64,000 nucleotides of DNA. It comes from a virus. Below, one piece after another: positions 10,198-21,100 of this stretch. The stretch's first letter is position 1, and every line of letters starts with the position of its first letter. The translations under genes were made by a program, and so were the position numbers. Under the pieces are notes generated by a model that saw nothing but the letters and a program-made list of their open reading frames with translations, had not been told where the DNA came from and made no database searches. The DNA lies in IMG/VR virus record IMGVR_UViG_3300045988_096785, positions 41,968-105,967 of that record, one strand, 5' to 3'.

Positions 10198-10692
10198 TTG
10201 ATCATGTTTTCAGATTTGAAGAAAGGGTTTCAGGTACATACCCTTGATACTAATACAGTACCTAAATACGAATTGGGAAAGGTAGTAGCCGTATCCGAAC
10301 CCAGGTATCTTCCTCCTCAGCCGGGTCAGTATCAGGCGATGCAGACCCGCGTGGTGGATCTGACGGTAGAGCTCACTGGCGAAACCAAAACCTATACGGT
10401 TCCGGAATCCCAGAATGTGGCTAAGGCTATGGGTATAACATTATCTACCAGCATAGATCCGATTATGAACGAACTGAATGCTATAAAAAGCACCAGTCAA
10501 GACATAATAGACAGCGTAGATACCCATCGTGCCAAGATAGAGGCTTGTGAATCTATATTAGAAGACATCAATCCGGCATTCAAACAAACGAGAGAGCAGG
10601 ATCGTAAAATAGCTGGTATAGAAAATAAGGTGAATGACCTTACTGATTCATTCGAAGATTTAAAGAAGTTAATTGTAGAACGTTTGAAATAA
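10198..10692 (+). CDS. Hypothetical coiled-coil protein (164 aa)
   Basis: ORF. Helical heptad-like C-terminal half. Confidence 0.5.
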   Translation: MIMFSDLKKGFQVHTLDTNTVPKYELGKVVAVSEPRYLPPQPGQYQAMQTRVVDLTVELTGETKTYTVPESQNVAKAMGITLSTSIDPIMNELNAIKSTSQDIIDSVDTHRAKIEACESILEDINPAFKQTREQDRKIAGIENKVNDLTDSFEDLKKLIVERLK

Positions 10693-10699
10693 GTATAAT

Positions 10700-11077
10700 A
10701 TGATAGTATATGATTTAAATTCAGGACACAGAGAATATCCTGGATATGATGAGATAGAAGACAGGCGAGGTGGAGGCAGAGGCAGAAGCCGTCGTTCTGA
10801 TGGGACGTACATGGAGTACGGACATGGGTTCCTTCCTCCTTATGATCATTACGGTATGCATGAGAAGATGAAGGAAATGGAAGAACGCGAAAACGAGCTG
10901 GAAGAAAGGGAAAGAAGGCTCGAAGAGCGCGAACGTCGTCATGAAATGGAGGACCGGGAATACCGGAGGATGGGTTACGAATCCTACCCGACCGATTACT
11001 ATGGAGACGACAGATACTACGGTGACGGACCTCAGATGCGTAGAGGTCGCGGACGTGGCAGAGGTCGTTCTTATTGA
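10700..11077 (+). CDS. Highly charged RG-repeat / Glu-Arg-rich protein (125 aa), possibly nucleic-acid binding
   Basis: RGGGRGRSRR and RGRGRGRGRS repeats at both ends and an EERERRLEERERRHE core. Confidence 0.5.
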   Translation: MIVYDLNSGHREYPGYDEIEDRRGGGRGRSRRSDGTYMEYGHGFLPPYDHYGMHEKMKEMEERENELEERERRLEERERRHEMEDREYRRMGYESYPTDYYGDDRYYGDGPQMRRGRGRGRGRSY

Positions 11078-11170
11078 GGAGCAGACGCAGAGGATCCAGC
11101 TTATCAGAAATATGTAGATACTTACGGCTACCATTTTTCTAATGCTCTTGCTGATGAGGCGGTAAAGAAG

Positions 11171-11464
11171 ATGGTCAACGTCGATGGATCCAAGAGGATC
11201 TGGAAGCAGCCGGAAATAAAAGATATTTTTGAAAAGTGCGGAGCGAAGAAGCCGGATAAAGCGACATGGGGCGATGTCCAATATGTCTTTGCAATGTACT
11301 ATTCGGATGGTTTTCCGAAGGTCTTCAAATGTGAGAACGAGTTGGTGAAAGCTACGTTAATGTATTTGGATGATCCGGATGCTCCCGAAGGAGTAGCCTT
11401 TATAAGATGGCTTGCCGTGCAAGATTACCTCGGCGAAAAAATAAACTGGAAGGATCTGACCTGA
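11171..11464 (+). CDS. Hypothetical protein (97 aa)
   Basis: ORF. A terminator-like hairpin region follows at 11575-11626. Confidence 0.45.
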   Translation: MVNVDGSKRIWKQPEIKDIFEKCGAKKPDKATWGDVQYVFAMYYSDGFPKVFKCENELVKATLMYLDDPDAPEGVAFIRWLAVQDYLGEKINWKDLT

Positions 11465-11829
11465 GATCCAGGCCCAGGCCCTTCCGGTGGTGCGGGAGCC
11501 ATAGTAAAAAATATGATTCCCGCATTCCCGTTTTTCCCGTTTGGAAAAAAAGGAATAAAAAAATGTTATACCGGTCGGCGGGCAATAGAATACCCGTGGC
11601 CGGTTTGTTTCACATAACTTTTTTTGGACATGAATATGGCACACGAATCTAAATCAAATAAAACCCCATTGTATTTAATAGGAGAGTTGATTGGCGTACC
11701 GAATACGGTTATGGACTCAGCATTGCATGAACTGAGAGATAGAATAGACAAAGACCCTAAATATAAAGATGTTAAAAATTGGCTCGAGTCTTTACCCAAG
11801 ATCTGAACCTATTTTTTTTCAATACCAGG

Positions 11830-11863
11830 CCCGATGCGATTTTAACGTATCGGGTTTTTATTT
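11830..11863 (+). terminator. Rho-independent terminator
   Basis: CCCGAT-N13-ATCGGG hairpin followed by TTTTTATTTT. Confidence 0.5.
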
Positions 11864-11934
11864 TAATTTATATTGTTTTATTTTAAATCTAATTAATTCA
11901 TGGATGTCGTACATTTGTTGAAAAACTATTCTAT

Positions 11935-12162
11935 ATGGAAAATAAGGAAGATTACGTTGGTTACGAAGATCAAGAACTGTGTAACCGATATTACAAAGAG
12001 GCTGAAGCCATGAGACAAAAGCAGGACTGGTCTCGGCTTAGGGCTGTCGCTGCTCCGGCTAAGGGAACGCCATCGCCCGGCTGGGGTCAGCTTGGACGTG
12101 GAAATGGTGTCAGTGTTAAGTATGTGAGTATCAATTCAGGATTGGGAGGAGACAGGTTATGA
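11935..12162 (+). CDS. Small hypothetical protein (75 aa)
   Basis: ORF. Its stop overlaps the next start (ATGA). Confidence 0.4.
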   Translation: MENKEDYVGYEDQELCNRYYKEAEAMRQKQDWSRLRAVAAPAKGTPSPGWGQLGRGNGVSVKYVSINSGLGGDRL

Positions 12163-12377
12163 CAGTAGAAGAATTGGCTAACAAAAGATACGGTGGAGAA
12201 TTTGTTTTCATGTTTGGTCATCTTGAAGGTAGAACAAGATTCGTTTTTGAATGCTTTGATCCTAAACCTGATTACGAAGGTAAAAGCACTTATATGGTTT
12301 CCTATTTTGAGAAGGGACTTTGCAGAAGAGATGTGGTAGATGTACCGTGTTATATGAATGTTTTACCAAAATCATGA
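12159..12377 (+). CDS. Small hypothetical protein (72 aa)
   Basis: ORF translationally coupled to the upstream ORF. Confidence 0.4.
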   Translation: MTVEELANKRYGGEFVFMFGHLEGRTRFVFECFDPKPDYEGKSTYMVSYFEKGLCRRDVVDVPCYMNVLPKS

Positions 12378-12570
12378 AAACACTACTTTTAAAAGAGACT
12401 CGTATTGTTCGGTTTGTGGATGTACGGGAGGGTGTAACTTATGCGATGATGTAAGTAAATATAGGATTTCAGAACAACTAAAATATTACAAATAATGGAA
12501 TTAAAAGATTTAGTCAGGGTAATGACAAAAGAAGAGTTCGAATCAGCAATCAACGAAGATATTAAATTCG

Positions 12571-13245
12571 TTGAAAGATTTAAGCATTTTTTTTAAACAT
12601 GATGATGTTGCGAGGATAATAGAACACGTAAAGTCAGTGTTAGAAGCATCAGTGGACTACTGCTATCCGAATCATCCTGAACCTAAAGCAGAACCTGGAG
12701 ACATGGGAGAGGTTTCTGATGGATACCATACTTTCAATGAATTGTATCGGTACCGCATGTTGTATAACGCCGCCTTTTTTAATCTATTAGCCAGAAATGG
12801 ACAGGTTGAAGTTTGCAAATCAAGGAGACACAGCGACGGAGAAAAATGTTTCGGTTCTGATGACTGGTTTATTGTGATGGCGATCCTGCCTACCGGTCAG
12901 GTATCTAATCACTATGAAAGCAAATACTGGGATTTGTTTGATGTTCCTGAAAGAGAAACCGCTTTCGAATACGATGGACATACACCAAATGAAGCTGCTG
13001 ATAGGATAGAAAAGTACCTTAAGTTGCCTTGTTACGGTATGACGTTTGAAAAGGCTTTGGAATCACTCAAATTGGGTCACAAGATAAAGAGAACTGATTG
13101 GGGTGGAAAGTATATCCAGATGTTTGTTTCGTATTCTAACATAATTTTATTAATGGTAGATACAGATCAAAAGTCGACAACAGAATGGATCCCTTCTTAT
13201 AACGATATAGTGTCTAACGACTGGATAGTATTACAATTACAATGA
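12571..13245 (+). CDS. Two-domain protein. N-terminal domain carries an HTFNELYRYR motif (possible all-alpha NTP-pyrophosphohydrolase-like). C-terminal domain is DUF2829-like (Tad2-type)
   Basis: C-terminal MTFEKALESLKLGHKIKRTDWGG matches the FxxALxxLKxGxKxxRxxW signature of DUF2829, as I recall it. Confidence 0.55.
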   Translation: MKDLSIFFKHDDVARIIEHVKSVLEASVDYCYPNHPEPKAEPGDMGEVSDGYHTFNELYRYRMLYNAAFFNLLARNGQVEVCKSRRHSDGEKCFGSDDWFIVMAILPTGQVSNHYESKYWDLFDVPERETAFEYDGHTPNEAADRIEKYLKLPCYGMTFEKALESLKLGHKIKRTDWGGKYIQMFVSYSNIILLMVDTDQKSTTEWIPSYNDIVSNDWIVLQLQ

Positions 13246-13517
13246 GTTTATTTGTATGTTCAAAATGTGGCTGTATAGATAATACAGCCACATCATATTA
13301 CTGGGCTCTTATAAGACCTTGTAAGAATCGTATTTACGATAAGTCACTAAAGGGATATGAAGGCAAGCCTCTTTGTTCTGAATGTGCCGCTATTGAATAT
13401 AGTAAGGGAGACGAAGTGGTGGTAGTTCCTGGAACGTGGCACGGTAAGTTCAAGAAAGAATGGCCTACTGAAGAAGAAAAGAAGCATATTGGTAAAAATG
13501 GTATTTTAAATTATTGA
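13242..13517 (+). CDS. Zinc-ribbon protein (91 aa)
   Basis: CSKCGC...CSEC four-Cys arrangement. ATGA overlap with the upstream gene. Confidence 0.5.
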   Translation: MSLFVCSKCGCIDNTATSYYWALIRPCKNRIYDKSLKGYEGKPLCSECAAIEYSKGDEVVVVPGTWHGKFKKEWPTEEEKKHIGKNGILNY

Positions 13518-13520
13518 TTT

Positions 13521-13826
13521 ATGTGTGATAAGGAAATTGTTATATGCGCAGCTATCTGGGTTCAAGATTACAAGAATAAGCCTCACGGTCCAATAAATAT
13601 ACCATCCGGAACCGTATTTTGTGGATTGAGACACTGTTCTATAATATCGCAACTTGCTGCATACGGTATAGCTCATAAAAACCGCAGTGTTCAAGGATTT
13701 TTGACAAGCAAGAACCGGTTTCTGACGAGAGAAGAAGCGTCTGAGCTTGTTAAGAACAATAATCAGGAGATGGTAGTAGATAGGAATGCTATTAGAGAAC
13801 AATTGTATTCAGAAGATTTATATTAA
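13521..13826 (+). CDS. Hypothetical protein (101 aa)
   Basis: ORF in an operon-like tight spacing. Confidence 0.45.
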   Translation: MCDKEIVICAAIWVQDYKNKPHGPINIPSGTVFCGLRHCSIISQLAAYGIAHKNRSVQGFLTSKNRFLTREEASELVKNNNQEMVVDRNAIREQLYSEDLY

Positions 13827-13843
13827 CTAAAAAACAAAACAAC

Positions 13844-14200
13844 ATGGGGTTTAAAATCAAAAAGTCAATCATTTATAATATGATGAACGGCAGTCGGGTA
13901 GAGTACGAATTTGACAATACCAAGGATTTTGATTATATTACATTTAAGGGTGATGGCAAAGAGTCTTTTTCATTTAACGTAATCCTTGTTAAACAATTAA
14001 TTGCAACATTTGAAATCATGTTGCAGGATATATATTCTGATAATTATAAGCTTAAGGTTTATGCTGGTAATTGCATAGTTCAATTGAACGCAAATCCAAA
14101 GGACTCAAGTGAATCCTTTTTTGACGTATATGATAAAGATGAAACGAAACTGATATATGGAATAGAGATCGGTATTCTGAAAGGAATGTTTGGCATATGA
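13844..14200 (+). CDS. Hypothetical protein (118 aa)
   Basis: ORF. Confidence 0.45.
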   Translation: MGFKIKKSIIYNMMNGSRVEYEFDNTKDFDYITFKGDGKESFSFNVILVKQLIATFEIMLQDIYSDNYKLKVYAGNCIVQLNANPKDSSESFFDVYDKDETKLIYGIEIGILKGMFGI

Positions 14201-14514
14201 TTACTAAACAAGATATACAAGCAGCAGCATCGTATATTTTCCGAAGCAGTTTTGTCTCAGAAGACCAGGCAAGGAAAGTAACGATAAGAGCCGGTAATAA
14301 CGCTACCAAGAACCTTGTCAAGACCTTCAGAGGAAAGTTGTTCAAGAAGGCTTTTGGAAGAGCTCGTAGAGGAAAGGATATCAGTTCTTTTGAAAGACAA
14401 GAAAAAGAAAGTGGTTTTAATTTTCTTTATAATCCTAATAATGGTCGTATGCGAAGCGGTCATATTATAATAGATGGAATTGGTCTGTTTAAACAAATAA
14501 TTCATGAAAGGTAA
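14197..14514 (+). CDS. Hypothetical basic protein (105 aa)
   Basis: ORF with ATGA overlap with the upstream gene. Confidence 0.4.
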   Translation: MITKQDIQAAASYIFRSSFVSEDQARKVTIRAGNNATKNLVKTFRGKLFKKAFGRARRGKDISSFERQEKESGFNFLYNPNNGRMRSGHIIIDGIGLFKQIIHER

Positions 14515-14687
14515 AAAAGTTGATATTCGTTTAGGCAGAGGTCTGGCGAATCAGATTAAGATAAACAAAACCATCCCAGTGTCTCATAAACCAAAAGAAG
14601 AACGTCGAATGATGTTTATTTGTGGTGATGATATTGCTTCTCTTATAAAGCGGTTTGAAAACGAATCAAAGTAATATAAAGTAGGAC

Positions 14688-15047
14688 ATGTATCTTGTCC
14701 GATTTTTTTTATATATTTGTGGCATGGCAAGAGGTTATTATTGGATACCACAAACAGATGAAACGTTAAATGGCAGAAGCTATTACGTGGCTAAGATAGT
14801 AGGAGATATCACGTTTGATACTAAACGAAAAAGAATCGTATTTCAAGCTGATAGGTATTTCCCTGTAGGATCTGTTTTCCATTTTACGCACAATTGCTTC
14901 AACTATATCATAACTTGCCGACTTCGTAAGCCGGGGCTTTGGTTTGAAGCCAGGAGAGAAGATTCAGGCTCTATTTGCCCTGAAGATATTGAGCGCTTTG
15001 AATCGGGAAGGTTTATACACCGAGATGGGTACATGCATTACATATAA
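14688..15047 (+). CDS. Hypothetical protein (119 aa)
   Basis: ORF. Confidence 0.4.
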   Translation: MYLVRFFLYICGMARGYYWIPQTDETLNGRSYYVAKIVGDITFDTKRKRIVFQADRYFPVGSVFHFTHNCFNYIITCRLRKPGLWFEARREDSGSICPEDIERFESGRFIHRDGYMHYI

Positions 15048-15189
15048 GCTGAACTTGACGATTTTTCGTCAGATTATAATTTTTTTTCATATTATTTTTA
15101 AGCCATCAGACTGAGAAGTTAGGTGGCTTTATTTTTTATGATATGCTTGATTTTTAACTACCTTTGTCTCATAACAAAAATGTTTTACT

Positions 15190-18100
15190 ATGACATCAAC
15201 GTGTATTATTAAAAGAGATAATAAAAATAAAGTTGTTTCTGTCTCTACCAGATCAGGGGACAGGTCTATGTTGTTTGATAAAATAGCATCTATTCCTCTT
15301 ATGGAGAATAGGGAACGGGCTACTACTGTTTTTAAAACCGTATTTTCTAATAAGTTCTTAAAGGCTTTTGGTGACTGGAGAAGGAATGTGCCTATCAACA
15401 AACAGGCTTATAATAAGGTAAAATCCAATATCGACCTTATTCCGGAAGCCTATAGAGAAAGGGTGCTGGATAAGGCTTCTAAGATGAGCAACCCTATTCT
15501 TGTGTCGAAATCAGATGCACCTTATGGGATTCAAGAATCGGGCTTTGGATTCTACAGCCAAGATCTGGGTGATAATATTATGTTGGTGGATGCTATGGTC
15601 CCGTCAAGTATTTCCGTACCGGAAGGACCGGGAATAGACGCCGGGCAGTATCTACAAGATGCTATATCTTCGGACTTCACTCCCGTATCTATGGTACGGG
15701 ATAAGGGTGTTAATTATATGGTTATAAAAGACGGTCTTAAGATATTTAGCCCAGAGGAGTTACCAGAAGCAGATTCTAATCCTGTGGGTGTAACGTATCA
15801 GACCGGAGAGCCTCGTTTGTTTTTTATGAACGATCGTAGTCAATTATTTGAAGATTACGGAGAAGCTCTTCGCTCTGGCGGGAATGATATCAGAATAGGG
15901 TTCTTATCCGGCATCGTTCAAGAATCTACCGTGGATGGAGTGGCAGACATTACTTACAAGGCTGGAAAGTATGTCCTTAACAACCCCAAATCTTTTATAC
16001 CTGTTATGACCGCCTCTACTTCCACTTCTTTATCAACAAAAGGTGGGATAATAAACTACCTTATAAAGAAAGGTCTTTTGTCCGGATCCAAGATATTCGA
16101 TCCGGAAACAAGAAGCTATTATCTTACAGGAGAAGGACATGCAGGACAAATTAGGCTTTTCAATTCAGCATTATCCTACACTGAGCTCCGTAATCATTTT
16201 GGTTCTGATGTTTCCATGAATGATCAAGGCATGATAACCATAAATTCATTGGATAATAGTAAGGTGACTATGAGACTCGCCACCGGAGGAACGGAAAGGG
16301 TTAGTAAGGAGCAGATAAAGAGCGATCTTAAGTCTGGAAGATACAATGAATTGGACGCCAAGTACGATCATTTTGATGCGCTTGTAGTTTCATTCATATT
16401 AGAAGACAATGATCTTTATGCTGATACTAAAGCTAAGATCGTATCGGATTATAGCCAAGAGGAACGTAATCAACGAAATTCTATTGTTGAGATACTGAAA
16501 ACGCTGGGCGTTAGTGTCGTTGGCATGACCGATTATATAGAGAAGTACCAAACTAAATACGGACACGAACCTTCTGCTAAGGCATTGGCGGATATTGCCA
16601 ATAACGTAATAGCAGTCGGTGAAGATGCTACTTTGTCTGACTTAGTAGAAGAAACAGCACACTTTCTCGTAGAGGCGTACAGAGATCAGAATGCTGTTGA
16701 ATCTGTTTTGCAAGATGTAGAAGGCACTGAAGAATGGAATCAGTATGCAGGTCAGTATTATAATACATACGGTAAGGTATATGAAGGCTCTGAACTTGAT
16801 AATGCTGTTAGGAGAGAAATTCTTGGAAAGATCCTCGCCAGGGAGATGCAGACCGGCACAGCACAGGCGCCGGTAGAGCCCACCTCCTTCCTGGGGCGCG
16901 TCCGGCAGCTTCTCTCTGGAATTGTAAACTGGCTTAAATCAGCTTTATCAACCCAAAGACAGGATTTGAATAACGTTATTAAAAATATTCGTGATCTTGC
17001 TATTACCGACATAGATAAAGGATTTGATACTTCTCTTTTGAAGGATAATGACTTTACATTATACTCCCTTTCTTCTATGAACAAGAACAAGTTTCTTGAG
17101 TCTAAAATCAGGGCATTGAGAAAAACGTTAAGAGACTTACGTCAGATAAGCTCTGATAGGGCTGTAACTACGTCTATGACCCTTGCTCAGCTTAAGACCA
17201 TAGAAGATAAGATAAATAAGGTAGAGACCGAAATAGACAAGAATGAGATGGCGGCTGCCATGAACAGCATGATCTCTACAGCCGAAGCTCAGGTCAGATA
17301 CTTAAGCAATGTGGTGAACACCATCCTTCATGGTGATACCAAAGACGGCAAGCTTCACTTCAATACCAATGATCGAAAGAACGTAGATATTATCAACAAT
17401 CAGGTTCTTCCGATCATGAACGATCTTCGAGGATATATCCGTAACAGAAGTACCGAATTTGATGAACGTGAAAAGCAGGATTATACAAATAGGATCAATA
17501 CCGTCATTGCAGACATCAATGGTATTCAGTCTGATATTAAATCAGTACAAGACCTTGATGAAAGCACGTTGCTTGATAAGTTAATGAACGAACTTCATGT
17601 GCCGGCAGATAAGGTAAAGAGAGTAAAAGAATTTTTTGACAAGGTTCAACACGATGTTTCTTGGATAAGTAGGTGGTTTGGTATATTAGAGCATTCTTCC
17701 AGCCCGTTCAATAACGCTCTTGGAACTATGATTGCCAAAGACAATTACAATGCGATGGTGAATGCCCAGCCCGCCATATCCGACTTCCTGGCATATGCGA
17801 AAAAGCATGGTTTTAACAAATCTGAATTTGAAAAACTGCTTCAGAAAGTAGACGGAAAAATTTCTAATTATCTTCGTAGTGCTCTTGATATGGCTAAATA
17901 CGATCGTAATAAGAAGCTGGCGCAGATGCGAGCGTTTGCGACCGCCATGAACATAGAGATATCAGAAGAAGAAATCAATGATGTGGTTGACAATAACCGT
18001 AATTACGTATTTAAAAGAGAAGTAGTTGACAAGGACGGAAATACGGTTACCGAGAACGCTAAATTTAAACCGTCGTCCGATAGGGTTAATACCGATATTT

Positions 18101-21100
18101 TTACCATCGAGCAGGAAAAGATTTATACAGAACAGATGGAGAAGTGGGATGCTGAAAATTCAGAACTGGAATTTAGTGAAAGTTATGCCACAAGAATGGA
18201 ATCCATATACAAAAAGGCCGAAGAAGAATTAGGGCATCCGGTTTCTCAAACAACCAAAGAATACCTTAATGCTCTTTCTCGGCAGAAGCGGATATTGAGG
18301 CAGCCTTTTATTGATAGCAATGGTAATTTTGATGAGGTTGCTTACTATAAGAGTAGTAACTACGAAGAAGAAGGACTGCTTCGTAAACAACGTAAGGAAG
18401 CAGCTTCAGAATACATATATGTAGGAACCAGGAGAGTGGAAAAAACCGGTGATCAACTCAAGATGGCTAAAGAAATACAAGCCATAAATGAAGTTTGGAG
18501 AAAAGAATCAAATAATGTCACTAATGCCGTATCAGAATCATTTCTGCAAAAATTGAGAACTATTCAGCGTGAATCTGGAGGGGAAGCTGCGCTGAAGACA
18601 CTTATGTTGGGAGGTCACCTGTCATTTAATGATCGGTTTTGGAATGACGTAGAATCGGAACAGTCGGCGCGCACCGAATCAAACAACAAGGCTTCGTATC
18701 TTAAAATGGCGCATGATATCATTAGCTCTACGACAAGTGATAGAGATGCGACTGACGTGGATTCGATTGTGAAAGATATAGAAAAAAATAAGGCCATTAT
18801 CAAGGAAATAATCGGAAACAACCGAGATGTGGCTGATATCGGAGAAATTAACGAAGCGACATTTACCTCATCTGAAAGAGATGCTTTTAGGGCCGCATCT
18901 GAAGCTATTGAAGCCGATTACGCTATTTTGATAGATTATGCTAAGATGGTGGGTCTTGAAGATATTGATAAGTACCTTACTAAAAGCAGTAAGGCTGAAA
19001 ACGAAGTAAATCAGTCTTATTTAAATGCTCTTGCTGACTCCAAGGAAGTGGAATGGAAGTTCGTACAACGTCATACTACGGCGAAGAAAGCAAAAAGGAT
19101 TCAGGCTTTAAGGGATAAGCTGTTTAAGGCTGCTGATAACCGATATCTGTTTACCGTATCTGAAACCAACTACCTGTCAGAAAAGCTTGGTATAAGCAAA
19201 GAATTAGACGGTAGAGATTTCAGGAATGCTGTTAATGCTAAGATGGCCAGCTTATTTTTAAATAATACAAGAGAAGAGGGCGTAGAAGAAGCTAATGCTA
19301 TTGTTAATGAATTTGCCAGAAGCCAGGTTTTTTCGTACTATAAACGCATGGCGCCTACCGGATATGCAGCTATGATCGACAAAATCGGTCGAGGTGAGAT
19401 AGATGTGGCGCAGATGGTTAAGGACGTACAAAACGGTACATCCACCCAAGATTATGGCATGGACATATCGTACCTGTCTTTCGACCCTGCAAGGGCATGG
19501 GTGGCTGAATCTGAAGCCGAAAATAACGGTCGTAATCCTGATTATGTAAAAGATCATGGGTATGGTCATCGCATGCCTAAGAAAAGCCTGTATCGTGATG
19601 AATCGTATTTCAATGACTTTGGTATCAAGTATGATGCTGACGGTAATGAAGTTGCTACTAAAAACGTAGAGCAGTGGAATATGATTCAAAAACTCAAGGA
19701 AATAAAAAGACAATCCCTTGATCTATACAAAGAGCAGAGCCCGAACCTGTATGCTATTCCACAGATATCAAAACAAGACATAGAACGTATGGAAGGATTG
19801 GGTATTAACTTCAAAAATACGGTTCGTAATTTTGTATCAGATCTGTGCCTGGACAGAGTAGACGATTCTCTATATGGTAAGACCAGGCAAGGAGAAGTGT
19901 ATGACCCGGAAGACAGACTTAGGTCTATACCTAAATACTACATATATGAATTGGAGAACCAAGATGATGTATCTCACGATTTTGGCTACTCTTATTCGAT
20001 GCTTATGATGCAGTCATCGTTATACAACGAAAAGCAGAAGTCTATAGAGCTCGCTCAAGGACTGGAGCAGATGTTACTGAATAAGCAATTTGAAGGCGGT
20101 AAGAAAGCTGAGGCAACCCAAGCATATCAGATGTTCAGGGACTTCTTCAACGATCATTATTATGGCATTAGGATGAACACCAAAAAACTTACGGTAAACA
20201 TCGGAGGATATACGGTAGACCTTACAAGAATTATGATGGCTGTTGAAAGGTTTATGTCGGTCATGAACTTGGCACTGTCTCCGTTTGTGGCAGCTACCGG
20301 CGCCTTAACAGGTCATATCAACCTCATCATGGAATCTGCCGTAGGACAGTATATAAGCAAAGACTCCCTTAAATACGCATCGGCTGAATTTTCACGCCTT
20401 GCGCCATCTTGTATAGCAGAAACCGGAGACATAGATAGGAAAAGCAAATTATATGTCATAGGTGAGAGAATGGGGATATTCAATATCCGAAATCGTATGT
20501 ATGGTGCCGGATACAATAGAGTGGCCAGGACCTTAATGCGTTCGCCTATGTATGCTTTTATGGAAATCCTGAACTACCCTCTTGATCCGCAGGTTATGAT
20601 TGCTACTATGGACAATGTTCGTTATTACAAAGGTCGGTTCTACACGTTCCAAGATTTCAAGATGGAAAAAGAACGTAATAAAGAACAGAGTACCATAAAA
20701 AGAGAATGGAATGCATTAAAAGATCGTACTTTATGGAGTATGGTAGATGTCGTGGATGGGAAGGTGGTTGTAAAGCCCGGATCAGGTGTTACTGTTGAGG
20801 AAGTTGAAACCCAGATGGCTATAACCAGAAATCAAGTTCGTAGCTTGTCGCAGATATGTAACGGATCTTTGAATGAAGAAAACCGAACTGCCGCATCGCG
20901 CAACTGGATAGCTAGGTTCATGACCGCCCACCGAGGATGGTTGGTGCTGGCGGCTCAACGTCTGTGGAAAAGACGTGGCTTCAATTTCCAGACAATGCAA
21001 GAAGAGGAAGGACTGTCAATTACGTTAAAGAATATGATAGCCAAAACATTTAGCTTAGCTTCCGAGTCTGGTATGAAAAACATCATAGATGCCTGGAACG

